DNA of 64,000 nucleotides from Ascidiella aspersa (lineage: Eukaryota): the NCBI GenBank assembly GCA_963924565.1, contig OZ004607.1, forward strand, positions 35,030,001 to 35,094,000. The letters are read 5' to 3'. Under the pieces are notes generated by a model. The model did no database searches and was not told the DNA's origin. It saw only the letters and a program-made list of their open reading frames with translations. Position numbers and translations under genes: made by a program. Numbering within the stretch: position 1 is the stretch's first letter; the number at the start of each line of letters is the position of its first letter. Below, one piece after another: positions 38,501 through 52,983 of this stretch.

Positions 38501-40048
38501 AAACTACTTAAACAAACTTTTTCCTAATCAAGGTAGAATCGCTGCCGTCGTCGGCAAATCATGGCTGAAATTTCTATATTAATTTGATCGCCCATACTGC
38601 CCTAGTAACGGACCATTACCAATACTACCAATTGGTATCGGGTATTGGCTCCGATCCGATATTATCAGACATCCCTACAGCTAAGGATCTATAACTTAAA
38701 AAATCGTTCACATATCAAACAGCGCACACCGTGCATTCAGAAGTCCGGTGATTAATCTTGAACCACATTATTGACAAGCAAAAACGTTTAGTTTCTTTTA
38801 TAAAGTTTTTACTGGAAAAGAAATGGCAAATGGAAATAACTACGACTTATAAAATCCTTTACAACCTATTTTACTTCTTCGTCGAAACAGCAGATTAGCT
38901 ATGCGAATGAGTTATAACATAAAATAAAAAATAACTCCAACTGCCCGCCGTATGAAATCCTTTACAACCTATTTTAAACATCTTCACTTGGCTATAAGGA
39001 AAAAATTACAAAAAAAAAAAAATTAAATGCCCTGGGTCCTATCTGCGAAACACACCCCCTCGCCAACTTTTCAGTCCCGAAATAAGATTTTGCGTCGGTA
39101 AGTGGCCTCCGCGCGCACTTCCGTCTAATGAACTAACTCACACGAGCACACTTTAGAACGCGAACACGTCTTAAAGAGGCGAAGCCAGCCAACTTGTTTG
39201 AACACGTCGCCGCGCCTTCTCATAGAAATCGACCGGCAATATTTGCGGTGGCCAAACGGACGAATTATGCCTGGCTGTTGACTCTGATTTTATCGTCAAA
39301 AGGCCTTTAAAACATCCGTCATTTTGCAGAATGCAGATGCCGTGTGCCGAACGGCCAACGTTTTTTTTTCGAGTGTCAACACTTTGCTGTTTAAGGGCGA
39401 TTTATATGTTGACGCCCCTTTCAAGGATCCGCAATTACGCGTTTGCGCGCGGCTGGTGAAAATTAAATTTGAGGTTCCGCGACGCAAATGATTTTCTGCC
39501 TAGATTAATTTGAAAACTGTCACATCTAGAAAACTGTCCAGGTGGTAGTATTGGTAACAGTCCGACACAATGGTGGTATAGCTTCGATGCCAAGTGGAAT
39601 TAACTGTCACAAAAAAAAATAAAACTTTAATCTCCGCAAATCAAATATCAAAATATATTTTTTAACCGAATCAACTATCAGGAACTTCCAGTACGAACAA
39701 TTGAACATGTATTTCTTTTCAAACTTTACACCAAAGGAACCGATCAAATATAATTGTAAATGCATTATATGCGTTTTGTGATTATATAATTAGTCTTGAA
39801 AGCAGTTTCGAAGAATAAATTAATTGAAAAACAATACTGTCACATTTAGCGCTGAGCGATGCTTTTTTATTGCGATACCGCGGTCGATACCCGATGTATG
39901 AATCGGACAAAATGATCCGATACCAACCGACGTGATTACTGTGACAAAAATAGCAAAACCGATAAAATTTAAATGCGAATAACTTATCATAAATAATAGA
40001 AGTGTTTTACAAGGTATAAAACGCTGGGTTGGACCCAGTGGTCTAAAG

Positions 40049-40494
40049 CAGTGCTTTTTAAACTTTTTTAGTTTTGTTCACCCCCAGCATCGATCTCCCG
40101 ATTTCATTCACCCTTGTCTAATGATATGATAAAACTATCTCGTCTATATATAACGGCACAAAATGACTTAGGTTGTTTTGATTTTTGTTAAGATTAACTC
40201 AAGCTAAGTTTTACCATTGCAAATCTACAAGTTCTCGAGTCTCAAAATATAAAGCTACAAAAGCACAAAACACAGTCACCAAATTTTTGCACTTATACAC
40301 TCGGTGCAAACCAACTTCACTGTTACAATTAGCAAAAAACACACCGAAAAAAAACCACAATTCAGTAGTCGATTTACTGCAGAGCTATCATTCATTTCTG
40401 ACGGTTCACCCTTAATCACCCCTTTTGGTTGGTTCACCCCTGCCAAAATTTTGTTCACGCTGGGGTGAACCATTCACCAGGTTAAGAAACACTG
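40049..40494. mobile_element. hAT-type MITE with TTCACC subterminal repeats
   Basis: TIR cagtgctttttaa / ttaagaaacactg, TSD gtctaaag/ctctaaaa. Confidence 0.78.
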
Positions 40495-43400
40495 CTCTAA
40501 AAGTATAAGCCAAAACAGTCCGGAACGGCTTTCCGTAAAATATGTTTTGCAGATACGCCGTACTGGTAAAAATGTTCTTATTTACAAGGCTCTGTACATT
40601 TCATACCAGGCCATCACTCCATCTCCTTAAGTGTTTTTAAACTAAGATTTCAGTTGCATATTTGTAAACTACACCGAAAGATAACTTCCTAAGATTTGTT
40701 TCCTAACATTTCCGGTATGACGTAACATTGTGACGTCATCTATAGAAAAAGTCATGCGTTCCCCCCAAAAAAATTGATTACTGCGGTAAAAAAAACTTCT
40801 ACTTTCACATCTATGGTTAGATCACAAACCATCGCTAGATCCGCTGCCAACCTAACAACGGACGAGTAATACCATTTGCTCCATGGAAATTGGACACCCT
40901 TTGTCCCACTTCAAGTAAATGCAAAAAAAACAAAACAAAAAACAATGAAGTATTTTTTCATCTTTTTGCAAAGACCAGGTTGAAATATTTAATTTTTTCA
41001 TTGAACAAAAATTTAAATTTTTTAGTGAAAATGTGAACCTATTGCTTTCAAATGGCCACAAAAGTGCAAATTAAATGTATATGTTAAAATAGGTGAAGTT
41101 TCGAATAGCAGTGCGCAGCCGTATTGTCTATCGGAAATTGCGTTGTTGTTATTATACCGGTAACCTTTGAAGAAGGCACTCAGCAGTGTTGATGTTATAC
41201 ACGTATGTATGCGCATTTATCTTTGTCGAACTGCCTGCAACTAAGTCAAAGTCTGTAACTAATAATTTTTTTATCTTTTAAATAGGATATGTGTTAACGA
41301 AAAAAGCACCAAAACCGAAATTTGTAATAAAAGTTTGAAGTTGTCAGTTTTGGCGTTGTTAAGCAAAACAGCACCAAAGCAAAAATCCTATTTGTTTAAG
41401 AATGTCACTTAGGGCCGCCAGAGTTGCATTCTGCGCGTCACGACTGTTTACTCAAAAATACAAAGAGCTACGCATACGTGACAACGTAAACGCAAAATAC
41501 AAATTGACGGAAATTGCAATGGTGAACAATGCCTTCTGCAAATGCCATTCATCACTTCTAGTTAGTAAGTCCATTGATTAAATCAGTGGTTTCTAACCTT
41601 TTGGGGGTCATTTTCTTTGCAAAGAACTTTAATTATCCTTGTTTTAAAAACTATGATATTGCGACATGCAATCAATTGATTAATAAACACACTTGAAAAT
41701 CTCCTGAAAATTCGCACAACTGAAAAGCACATAATATCATCTCATATCATCGTCAAAACTAGCCTTCTTTAACTTTTCTAACCAGTTATTGTTGGGTATT
41801 TACCTAAACGTTTTTAAGCACTGAAATGCAAACTAAGACACTAGAACTCTGGTCGATAAATTTGTTCGCAATTTCGACGTGTCTCTTCGAGTAGAAAAAC
41901 AAATTGTCTACAACAACAACAGGACAACAGTAACCACCAAAAACAAAAAAAATACCCGAACAGTCACTTAAGCACTGAGGGCGGAAACGAGTGTACCGGC
42001 CGCTCTGTTTTTGAGGTTCGGTGCACACTTCATTATTCATCGTTTCTAAACAACAGAACAAAACAAAAAACGCGGCACAGAGTCGACGCCGTATATATAA
42101 TCAACACAAAACAAACCGCCGTCGTCACGTCCTCTACCGTTTTACCTGTAAACGGGTGCTGAGAAATAATCGCCCTAATGCGCTTTTTTTGTCGACTTGG
42201 CAAAAAGCCAAAGAGCCAAGGAAAAAACCGGCTACGACATTCCACCGAGGGTCGAAAGAGAAAGGCGCCAAAATGAGATTCGCTTGGAAACGTCTCGAGA
42301 CCGAAACGCGAAGTTACCTCTCTGCGCAGTCGGGTAACGGCGGGAAAACAGGTCAAGCATCAAGCAACGCACTGTTTCTACAACATACTCGAGACGCACT
42401 CTAGTTCGAAACGCCCCGTATTCCTACTGGGGCGCGGTAAAAAGTTTCGGAGAGTACAGAGGCCACTTTTTTTCTGCGTTTTCGCGACGTTTATAGTAGT
42501 TTAAACAAAGAAACTTGGTGGATGAGGCCTGTACCCATTTTTGCGTAAATATAGTTTGCGTGATTTCATGTCGAATGGTTTCCCAAACTTTTATATTCGA
42601 TGTTGCTATAGGAAGGCATATTAGCAACATAATTTGATTCGGGCGGAGCTCCGAAAAAAACTGCACTTACATAGTTAAGAAAGGTTAAATACGGATTTTG
42701 GGGCGCACACCACGTGGCTAAGATATTCTAGAAACCTAGATTCGCGCGGACCGCCAAAAAATACTAAATTTGCTTAGTAAAAATGGGCGAAAATTTAATG
42801 TTTTTTTTTAGGGGGGCGTGACCACGTGCCCCCTACTTGGATCCGCCCCTGGTTATCCCCCCCCCCCCCCCCAAATGTTCACATTTCCAAAAAACGCCAC
42901 AGACGTCATAAGGGCGGTATACCGAGTCATATTAATAAACATAAATTTGTGTTTAACAACACAATAATTAAAGTGCTAGATCGCCACCAAAGACTGCACA
43001 GTAGCCATCCTTGATTTAAGGCAAGATTGCACTTTAAATGGGTAAGGTGCAGCAGACATAAGCTAGAGTTACCGTCGGTGAAAGTAGGGAAAATGTAGGC
43101 CAAGGCTGAGAACCTTTAGGCTTGGTTGACTCACGGTTATTTGACTTTACACATTTTTTAACATCTACGGGTTTTTCGCAAAGATCAGATCTTGAAGAAA
43201 CTAACCGAAAACATAATTCCTAACGTTTTGGGCGTTTTAGGTTTTATTGAAGCTTCACGAGTTTGTAAAGAATGTGAGTACAAAATCAATTGATTCTCGG
43301 AAGAGCCGTTTAAAGAATTGTCAAATCGTGTTTTTCAGTCGCTACACATGTACGAAGTGTACACCGCCGTAAAAACGCATAAAAAACCCACAAATTTCTC

Positions 43401-46140
43401 CATGAGATGAAATGATTATTGCTTAAAACTTTAGTTTTAGCAAAAGAGTGTGCTACGGCCAAAACCCAAAAGCGTACCCGCAATCCTAGCATTCCTATGT
43501 TCTGATACCGGCGCGTCGAAACTATCGTGTTTTTAACTCTGCTTTGTAGCTCTTAGTCATCATTCGAAAATCGCACTCGCCAGCATGCTCCGTAAAACGG
43601 ACAACAACTTACAACCCATAACACAGCAAGGCTCAGTAACCACAAGTTATTCGGGCGTTTACTGCGGCGAGCCGGGGCTGTTTTTGCAACTGCGTTGGTT
43701 GGGACGCAGCACGTTTACGTTGAGCTATAAACAACACGCTTTCGTCGCATGGTCTGCTGCACAGAACACTAGGTATGCGCCCTGGCGGATCATCGTTAGG
43801 TTTGACCCCTTCAAAAAGAAACTTGCATCAAATGCAACGAAACTAAAACTACTTTTGCGGAAATCAGGTGACATTAACGACAAATTAGATTAAAATCGAG
43901 AAAAAAACGTTTTTTTTTTTTGCTTTGACGTGATAAAGCACGGTTGTGCGAAAGCTTGTCAAGATGTTAATACAATTTGTCGTTAATAAGTGCCACCTGA
44001 TTTCCCAACCTACAATTAAATATATACGCCAATCGATGTACATGAAAACTTTTTTGACATGAATAGTTTTATTAAAACCTCAATAGAACGAAAGCGAGTT
44101 TCGACTCACAAAAAAAAACTTATTGCCTAACAAAGTATATCCTAAATTTTGTGTCTTGGTAGAAATCTTGAATCAAAAACGCTCCTCCGTGACTTACAGC
44201 ATGCTGTAAAGTAAAGGTTTTCTAGTTAACCTGTGAAATTGCAAAACAAAACAGTCACCCGCTGACACTTAACTTTCCAACGTGAAAGCTGCTGTAACTG
44301 GGCTTTAACTGCAGAAATCCTCACAAATGTGTGACCCACCAAAAACGGCCCGCAGCAATAGGAACCAGTACACCAACACTGTAAGAAAAATAGGTTGCGG
44401 GGTTTAATTATGCCTGCCTAACGCACTTCCGTCAACGGTTCTCCGCGATCGCAAAACATCACAAAAAATCGCCAGAAAAAAGTAGCCGTCGGGTTTACGT
44501 CGAGATCGTATATGCCTGACCTCAGTTGCACTATTGCCCGTATATTGCCCAATCAATCGCGCACCCAACGCGGTCGGATTAATTGCTAAACGATCTAGTA
44601 GCCCGTCGACGGCCCAAAAAGCCAAACCAGACGGTCGGAAAGAACTTTGGATGACGTAATGCCTGGAGCGGGCCCGAAATTCGCTTTCTGGCGCGCCAAA
44701 TATGCCAGACGACAAGCAAGGCGGAAGCCGGCTGATGCAGTTGCTGCTTTTTGTTGTTGCTACTTCTAATGCAGTGAAACGCCCTTGACGGTAACAAATC
44801 GGGTTTTAACCATGAATTGAAACACCATTTGGTCAGTTTAGCAGGCCATTTTTAATCTGGTATAGATCAGGATGGGCACCACGCAGTTGTGGAAAGCAGA
44901 GCTAAACGCACAATATCTCGTTTCGATGTGGACCAATATTTTGCATAGCAAACTCAAAAATATTAAATTTCGAGCAAAACTGTTTTACGCGTAAAATAGT
45001 ACCAAGTATTTTTACCAAACTGGTTCACGCGTAAAAATCTAGGTAAATTAACCCAGTTTTAGAGAAAATTGTTCAGGTTAAATGTAGTTTATTTAAAATC
45101 GTCCTAAAATGTAGTTTATAACGGCCGGTTGTGACGCAGGCGTTGGGGGTGTCTGAATTACAAGCAAAGATAAAACGTTACCCGGTTTTAATGCGTTTTA
45201 GAACCACGGTAAACGAAGAAATCGACTTTCAGCATTGTGCTTCCACAATTACACACCAAGAGCGTGAGATCATGTTGCTTCGGTTTCTTTTCACAAAAAA
45301 ATGACAAAAATCGACTTTTAGCCAGCGTATAACCTCTACAAAAAGACAGTAAACCCATAAATTACGATGAGCCAGATGAAACATAACCAGAATTTATCTA
45401 CTTATTTTTCTAATTATAACATAGAATCGTGAAAACAATGCTCTGGCAGTAAATTGACAAATGAAAACAAAATGAACAAACTTCAGCAGTTAATGCTTCT
45501 GCTTTATACGCCTGCACAATACGAGATTTCGACTACAGCTACTTACAGCATAAACTGTACAACGTTTAAATCGCTTTACTAAACATTATTATACTTTACT
45601 AAACATTATTTTATACTTAAATCGCTTTACTAAACATTATTATTACCTGATAAAAACAAAATGGTATTTGAAAAATCGCTTTTCGAAAATTGTTCTGCGC
45701 ACTTCCATACTGCATCCTGCAAACATTGGCGGTTGTTGACAAGTGCACTTCTAAAATTGCAAATGCCCTGGCGTTATCGTTCATCCATTAACAAGTTGCA
45801 GCACGTGAAAAATGCTTGCCTCAAATGCCTTGAAACACCACTGATGACAAAAAACAGCAAAGTTCATTTCCTCGTTAATCGCGAACTAATACCAAGCACT
45901 GTACAAAACAACCAGAGTGCTACTCCTAAACGTTGCCAAACTTCAGCCAATACCAACACGTCGTCAGCTTTTGTAATCCGCACAGTCTGAGCAATTAACT
46001 GTTCGTCATAAGTTGATCAACAATCAGATTGTAATGCTATTAAAGTAATCTCGGTTGACGTTTAATTGCCCTTACCATACATTACTGATTATTGCGTTAT
46101 ATTCGCAGTTAAAGACGCAAAGTCGAACTAGCAACTAACA

Positions 46141-46470
46141 GTCCAAGTCAAGTCATTTTAAATAAATGTAAAGGCCCAGTCAAGTCATTATAGGAGCAAG
46201 TCAATCCCAAGTCCAGTCCAGGTATTAAAAATTAAACGTTAGCTATTAAAGTTGGTAAACTCGTTCGATTATGAGCAACAACTCAACTAAAAAACAACAA
46301 AAACGCAACGTATAGCAAGCCAATTGTTTGTGCAAAAATGGAGATAAATGACCCAATATTCATAAGAAATGCCTAAAAATCAAGTAATTTGTCCGAAAGA
46401 TTTTAGGTCAAGTCCAGTCATTTGACAAAGTGACTTAGATGCACTTAAGTCAATCATTAAGTCATTAGTA
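46141..46470. repeat. AAGTC-rich repeat family
   Basis: Many (c)aagtc(aagtc)a motifs. Related blocks at about 49826-49940 and, inverted, at about 56941-57030. Confidence 0.7.
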
Positions 46471-49400
46471 TTACAAAACTGACTAATAACAACGTAAATT
46501 GTACAATTTCTGATGGTAATTCGTCCTCCAACTAAACATAACACAAACAAACGTAAATTGAATTCAAACTACAATATCGGAATCACTAAAAGCAACCTTT
46601 TATTGCGTATACAACTAACAAATGACTTAAACTCGTCCAAGACAAAAGATTGCAACCGAAGGGTGCCATTTCTGCAAATCATTTTCAGGCATGCAGTAGC
46701 ATAAACGTACCTAATCTTGCTGTCTAGACTGCTTATGTGGAACTTAGAAGCAACCTATACAACGCAAAAGCACAGATAAATCATCCAAACCTGTCACGCT
46801 GAACGGAACCCTCCATTGGGCCTTTCAACACCGTTGTTTTAGCTAAAAATAGATCCAACAACCGTTCATTACCTGGTTGGACACCAGGTCATGGAAAGAC
46901 TGAAAGTACAGATTAAGGATAATACGTTTAATTATTTTCCACGCAGAACTAAAGAAGAGTGCTTCTTTCTGTAATTATATTAATCGATCGAAATAAGACA
47001 ACTTTCTAAAATGTTTCATACAATTCAGCGGCAACTTTCTGCCAATTCATATCAAAACATGGGCAACCTTCCGGCAGTTTATTTGAAAAAAGATAATTCT
47101 AAGTATATAAAAACAACGGACACTGATATACAATGAAAACTTTCTGCACTTTCATGACAAAGCCATGTCAACTTTTTTATAATTTCAATACTAAAGAAGT
47201 GGCAAATATCAGCGAAAGAAAAAAATTCAATAAAAAGGGCATCTTTCTTTAGTTGCCACACTTGAATGAACGGTACATTTCAGCAACTCTGTAGATGTTT
47301 AAAAATAAAAAAAACGCAGCTTTCTGCATAGAGGTGTAGGCTACTAAATTCTACAACTAAACGCTGACAATTTCTACAATGTACTAAAACTAGCAATTTA
47401 TATGAAAAGGCAAACTGTATTCAACTTCCATAGCCACAAAACGGTAACAAACCGTTATTATACCAAAACGGTGACAACCATTCTCAAGCACTGTCGTTAT
47501 TACCGATAAATTGTCTCTGAAACCAAGCCGATAAAGGTAAAAAACAACGTACTAGGCCATCGGCATCTCACGTCCACAACTATAATACACGTCATTTCCA
47601 AAAAGCACCAACATACATCGTCGCCTTTCGCGCACAAAACTAAAAAGCGTCGAACGTTCAGCATCCGACAAGCAGCCGCGACTCTGAAACCGCGCCCATA
47701 GCTTTCCCGTTTTGCCGCGGTTCGGAGAAAAAGCGGCGTTCGGGCTGCAGCGGCGGCGTAACACGCTTTAGGCTACAAAGCGCCGGGCTTGCGCGACTGA
47801 TACCGGTTAATCTCCCTCCTTATCTGACCGCGCCAACGGTTTAGATGCGCTGGTTGCTGTGCGACAGACCGCATCTTGGCCAATTCGATGAAGTGCGTGA
47901 AATTAGTTCGATTTTTGCGGCTCCGTTGACTTGTTTCGCATTTCGGTCGTTTTGTTCTTTTATCGATCCGCAATTTTCCGGTACCTTTACTGGTATGTCT
48001 CACAGAATGCATTGTGTTAATGTTTCCTCTAGAAATTTGTCATACTGTGCAAACGTTGGTTTTAGTAACATTTTAAGGCCGAGTAATTACGGTCCTTAAT
48101 AAATCACAAACTTCTGTTTTCATGTAAAATGTGTTCCAAAACACCATTAAGTAAACATTTAGTTAATCTTGGTGGATGGATAGCTTAATTTTTCAAGTGC
48201 GCGAAAATAAATAATTTTACGGTATAAAAGGTGTTTCTTTATTTGTAAAGATTTATGTTTCTATCTTAATTCTGATTTCTATGGTATTAAATGCCTTGCG
48301 CATTTCTAGCGTTTCGCCTTTCATTATTGCCTCTCTCCGTAATTGTCATTATGCGTCCTGCGTCTTGTTTTACATTTCCACCAATCCTTTCTTTATAACT
48401 TGTGTAAGTTCACTATTCTTGGTCAGTCGTTGCTGGGTTCTCTATTTGCATCTTTGTAGCATAGCTGTTGTATTAAAAGCGACACCTGGCCAAACTAAAA
48501 CACAAAATTAACGTACTGTGCGTAGTATTGTTTACATTACTGTGTGACGTCACGTTTAACTATAACTTTGTGACGTCATCTCTAAAACAAATTCCATATC
48601 CCCCCACAAACAAAAATCATAAATGCCCGCTTGCAGCCTACTCAACCAACTTGAATCGAGGATACTCATTGAACTTTTTTCCCAAATAATACAACTTACA
48701 CTATTGGCCTACAGTAATCTTTTCCTCCAACACTTTTCTTAAATTAACGTATTTTTTGTATTATTTTAAACTATTAAACTTCGATTAAACGGGAGTTTAA
48801 TTTATAATATTTTAAACTTAACTATGTCTCTCTTGTGGCAGGAAAGTAATCGTATTATAAGTAGTCTTAATCAGTACTTACAGCTTTGTCATATTACTTA
48901 GCACGAGCCCATATTCTGAGTTGTCATATAAATGAGAATTAGGGTCTATTAAACCAAATAAAGGGTATTTTATCACCTGTACAATTAAGCAAAGCAAACC
49001 CAGCTATAGTTGGTACTAAACCTGGTAATAATTTTTCGACCTCTTTATATCAAACTAAGCCCTTACGCTGTAACTCTATGTAGGCGAACTCCAGATTATA
49101 AGGCAGCTCGTTTTGATTGATTGGCCGTCCTTGCGAAGAAAACAACGTAATGCCTTTTACACAAGCACGTTGACTAAATGAATTAAACACGGTTGGCGTT
49201 AGACAACAGACAATCGTCCATATACAATTTGCGTAGTTTTCGCCACAAGTACATGCCCATACCGAAAGATCTTTGCCGGAAATACTTGAAAAACGCGGCC
49301 CGTACAATCGAAAACATTTGATGGAACGTTATCATAGTTTTGTGCAGAGGCAGCGAAATATTTGCAGATTGCTCGAATTGCTTAGAAACACGTCGCAAAA

Positions 49401-51486
49401 AGTTGCACTAAAAGAGTAATGACCATCTGCAAACGGCCGCTTTTGCGGACACTATATGTCCACCCGAGCTGTCGCATGTGGTGTTACTTAATATCGTAAC
49501 AAGGACCGTGGTGTTGTGTCAAGTTTACATTTTCAAATATTAAAAATAAATCAGTGGAAAGCAGTACATTGAAAAAACGTTAAATAAAACCGTCCAAAAA
49601 ACAAAAAAAAAGAATAAAGAAGAGTTAAAAATGGATATAAAAATATTGTTTAAAATGCTACCTACCTCTGTATGGGCTTAAATTATGGTGTTTAAAATTC
49701 ATTTCGGAGTCGGTGGCTAAAAATAATAAAAACGCAATGGCTAGCAAATTGGTTTACGTGCGAAAAATTGAAATCAATACCCTTATTTCATTGAATTTTT
49801 TTTCATTCAAACACTTATAATTAAATTAAGTCCAAGTCATGTCATTTGTCCGAAGCACTTAAGTCAAGTCAAGGTATTTTGTTCAAAAGACTTACGTCAT
49901 TTTAAGTGCACTTAAGTCAAGTCATTAACTTAAGTCATTACCCTCGGTAACACGAAACAACAACATACTTTTAAAACCGTTTGCGTTGCCACAAGCTGTT
50001 TTTTGTAACAAAGGCAAAACAAACCAAGAAAAGCGCAAACAAAGAAGAGTTCGACCAGCACAAGCAGAACAATCAATTGTGTTTGTTGAGTACACCTATT
50101 GCTGGCACTGAGCACAATGCGTCTGTCTTAGGGCGGCTATTACCGGCTTATTGTCATCAATGGCCGATTCGAGTAACGAGCGAGATACGCCTGGAAACGA
50201 TATTTCAACGCGATAAACAAACGCAAAGTGTGTTGATGACTGAGCGTTTCTGGCCTCGAATTTTGGATACTGCTGATTCCAGTTACTAACGTGGGTGTAG
50301 ATGTAGTTTTTTTAAGTTAGCTGTGACACGTTTTTACGGGAGTAACCAACTAACGAACTATAACGTATCTTAAAAAAACATGACCCGCATCGACTGTGTC
50401 AACTGGGCTGTTTTTTGTATTAGGTGATGACAATTGCTTTTTTTTATATCTTTATAGGGCCGCAGTAATTTCGCGTTTTATTTTGCCGTAACCGATCAAT
50501 TCAAGCCCCGTGCGTTATTTCTTTCGTGGTTACTTAAATAGAGTGCGCAATTCGATGGTTTTTATTTCCAAATTGCTTTTTTATCATTATTTGCGCGAGT
50601 GCTTTCCAATTGTTACCCTGGTTCATTCTTTCATTTGCAACTCTCGCACTGTGATCTATACATCATCGAGTAGTGGTTCTTAAGTTAACACTTGTGTCCT
50701 TGTCCCCACAAAAAGCTTACTGAATTGACAATTTACAGAGATGACTTCAACATGTTACGTCATAGCGTAACGTCACAAAACAACTAATTTCAAAAATACA
50801 CAAACTGTTGTCCAACGAATTCGTGCATAAATACGCAAGTGGCTAATAAAACAATTTCGTCTGTTTAGTTTAAGTTGCGTACAATTTTAATTTAAAAGGA
50901 CAATTGCGCACATAAATAATGTTCGCATATTTTTTACATAGGTAATGGCGTTTATAAAATTGATTGGCAGAAAGTGCACTTTTTATGGAGTTCATGAATT
51001 CATACGACGCAGCATGTCACAATATGCCTTTAATTTGAAATGGTTGCCTTGCAACGGTGGAAAACATACTAGAAAATTGAATACGTTCGATTTTAATGTA
51101 AAGCATAGCAAACGTAGTAAAAGTTGGTAAAAAACATTTAGTTTGAAGGGGACAAGGCCTATTATAACGTCTCCGGATTCGCCCCGCATGCGCCATGTGG
51201 CTGTAGAAACGCAAATTTTTATCTGTCAAGCAGAGTGCAGACTAGCGGCCTCCAATGCATACGCTTTTGACCCGCGGTTTTACTGTTTACATGGCGTTTA
51301 AAGGAAATCGACAAAGTAGAAAACGGTAATAGCGCCAAATGCAGACGCACGCACACACCAGGAACCGGCGTGACTTTTTCTGTGGTCTTTCGTGTTCTCC
51401 AACTCGTGACTTTTGCTATATTCACGCAAATAGTTCCACAAACTTGTGACTGGTGCTGTACGATACGCTCACCTGTTTGTCTAGCT

Positions 51487-51746
51487 TAGTGGCTCTTAAC
51501 CTTTTGCCTTGATGCACCATACCAGCAGCCAATACTCGCACCCCTTCTAGAATTGCTTAAATAACTAACCATTCTAATTATATTTTTATACAATTAACTG
51601 ATAACACATTGACACAATTCTTAAATTGCGAGTTAGTTTTACCTTTGACCAAGCAAAGGAATAAATTTCACTACATTTTCTGTGTCTGATTCAACATCCC
51701 CGCACCCCCTTGGGACAGATCTCGCACCCTTTGTTAAGAAACCCTG
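51487..51746. mobile_element. hAT-type MITE
   Basis: TIR tagtggctcttaac / gttaagaaaccctg, perfect TSD gtctagct. Confidence 0.85.
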
Positions 51747-51790
51747 GTCTAGCTTGAGTGACCATAAATGAAATTGGCCTGCCTTTAAAG

Positions 51791-52055
51791 CAGGGGTTCT
51801 TAACCTGGGGGAGGCCGAATTGATTCTTAGTGGGTAATTAATAAAATAGAATAATTTTTATCAAAAAAATCGTTAAATCAACAAATCACTTTAGTGCCTT
51901 CTCCTTGAGTGTATTTCTAAACTTGATTTAGTTTAACATTTGTTGGCGCTAAAACAGGAGGTTTATCAGGTCGTTTTGTTTTATGACGTCGATTTATGAC
52001 GTCACCCAAAAATGTTTTTAAGGGTGCGCGTTAATAAACGTTTAAGAATCGCCTT
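51791..52055. mobile_element. Degenerate hAT-type MITE
   Basis: caggggttcttaac ... ttaagaatcgcct. Confidence 0.5.
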
Positions 52056-52699
52056 ACTTAAGAGAGACCATTCCGACAATTGAATAAAGGGCATTTTAAG
52101 CTGCTATACTTGGGATTCTATTTACAGGCATAAAAACCTAATGTTTTCGCAATGCATTCCTGTCATTATGGTTATGAATAACATATTGTTAAGTTCACAG
52201 GCATGTTAGCCGTGGATATAAAAAGACTATATATGTTTTTCAGTGTTGGTTAAAACACATTTTTGCACTGGAAAATTACATCGAGCTATTTTAGAAATAC
52301 AATAAAAATACATTTTCTAAGGCTAGACGGTTGTCGTTTACGCCAATACGATGCATTTAGTGCTTAAACAATTAAATTCCGTTTTTATCATAACAGGAAA
52401 ACAAATATTAAAAAGCACTTAACGTACACAATGGTGCGTGTCTATCGTTATGTTTGTGCCGTTAGTGTTTGGCTTTACAGGCCGGATCACCGCAAACATA
52501 TGCACATTCCTCATAGGATAGCATTACGTTTTTAGTTGTAAACTATACGCTGTGTAGGCCGGAAAATAATATACATAACTGCATCGACAAAAAACTCTAC
52601 TTAAAAGGGATTTTAAAAGCAGATCATATTAGGTTTCACAGCAGTTACTAGCTGCTGATTGAAAGAGTAAACACATTTATCTTCAACAGTCGGTTGGGA

Positions 52700-52983
52700 C
52701 AGTGGTTCCCAAACTTTGTTATATATCGCGGCAACACTAAAAAAATCCTAAATATGTACGCGGTACGCTTTTAACGAACAACAATAGAGTAACTTTAAAA
52801 TCGCCATTGACACACGTCAAAGTATATGAAATGTCTTTTTAATTTGTAATGGATAGTGCGTATTTAAGTCTAAAATGCTTGCGTGTATGCCATTGGTAAT
52901 ATAAATACTTTCTCTTCCGAAATTACAAAAAGTTTCGCGGCACACTTGACAATCTCTAGAGGCACACAGTTTGGGAATCACTG
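52700..52983. mobile_element. hAT-type MITE
   Basis: TIR cagtggttcccaaact / agtttgggaatcactg. Internal match to 25706..25940. Confidence 0.8.

Noticed and set aside
42021-42404. 127-aa ORF and overlapping 107-aa antisense ORF
   Set aside because: Low-complexity K/R/N or F-rich translations from A-tracts, with no recognisable domain.
51141-51156. Partial miR-133 reverse-complement match (ttgaaggggacaa)
   Set aside because: The seed region is mismatched and there is no flanking hairpin.
51465-51478. Isolated strong - strand donor (CAG|gtgagc), similarly near 55720
   Set aside because: No matching acceptor or open exon could be assigned, and such motifs are expected by chance.
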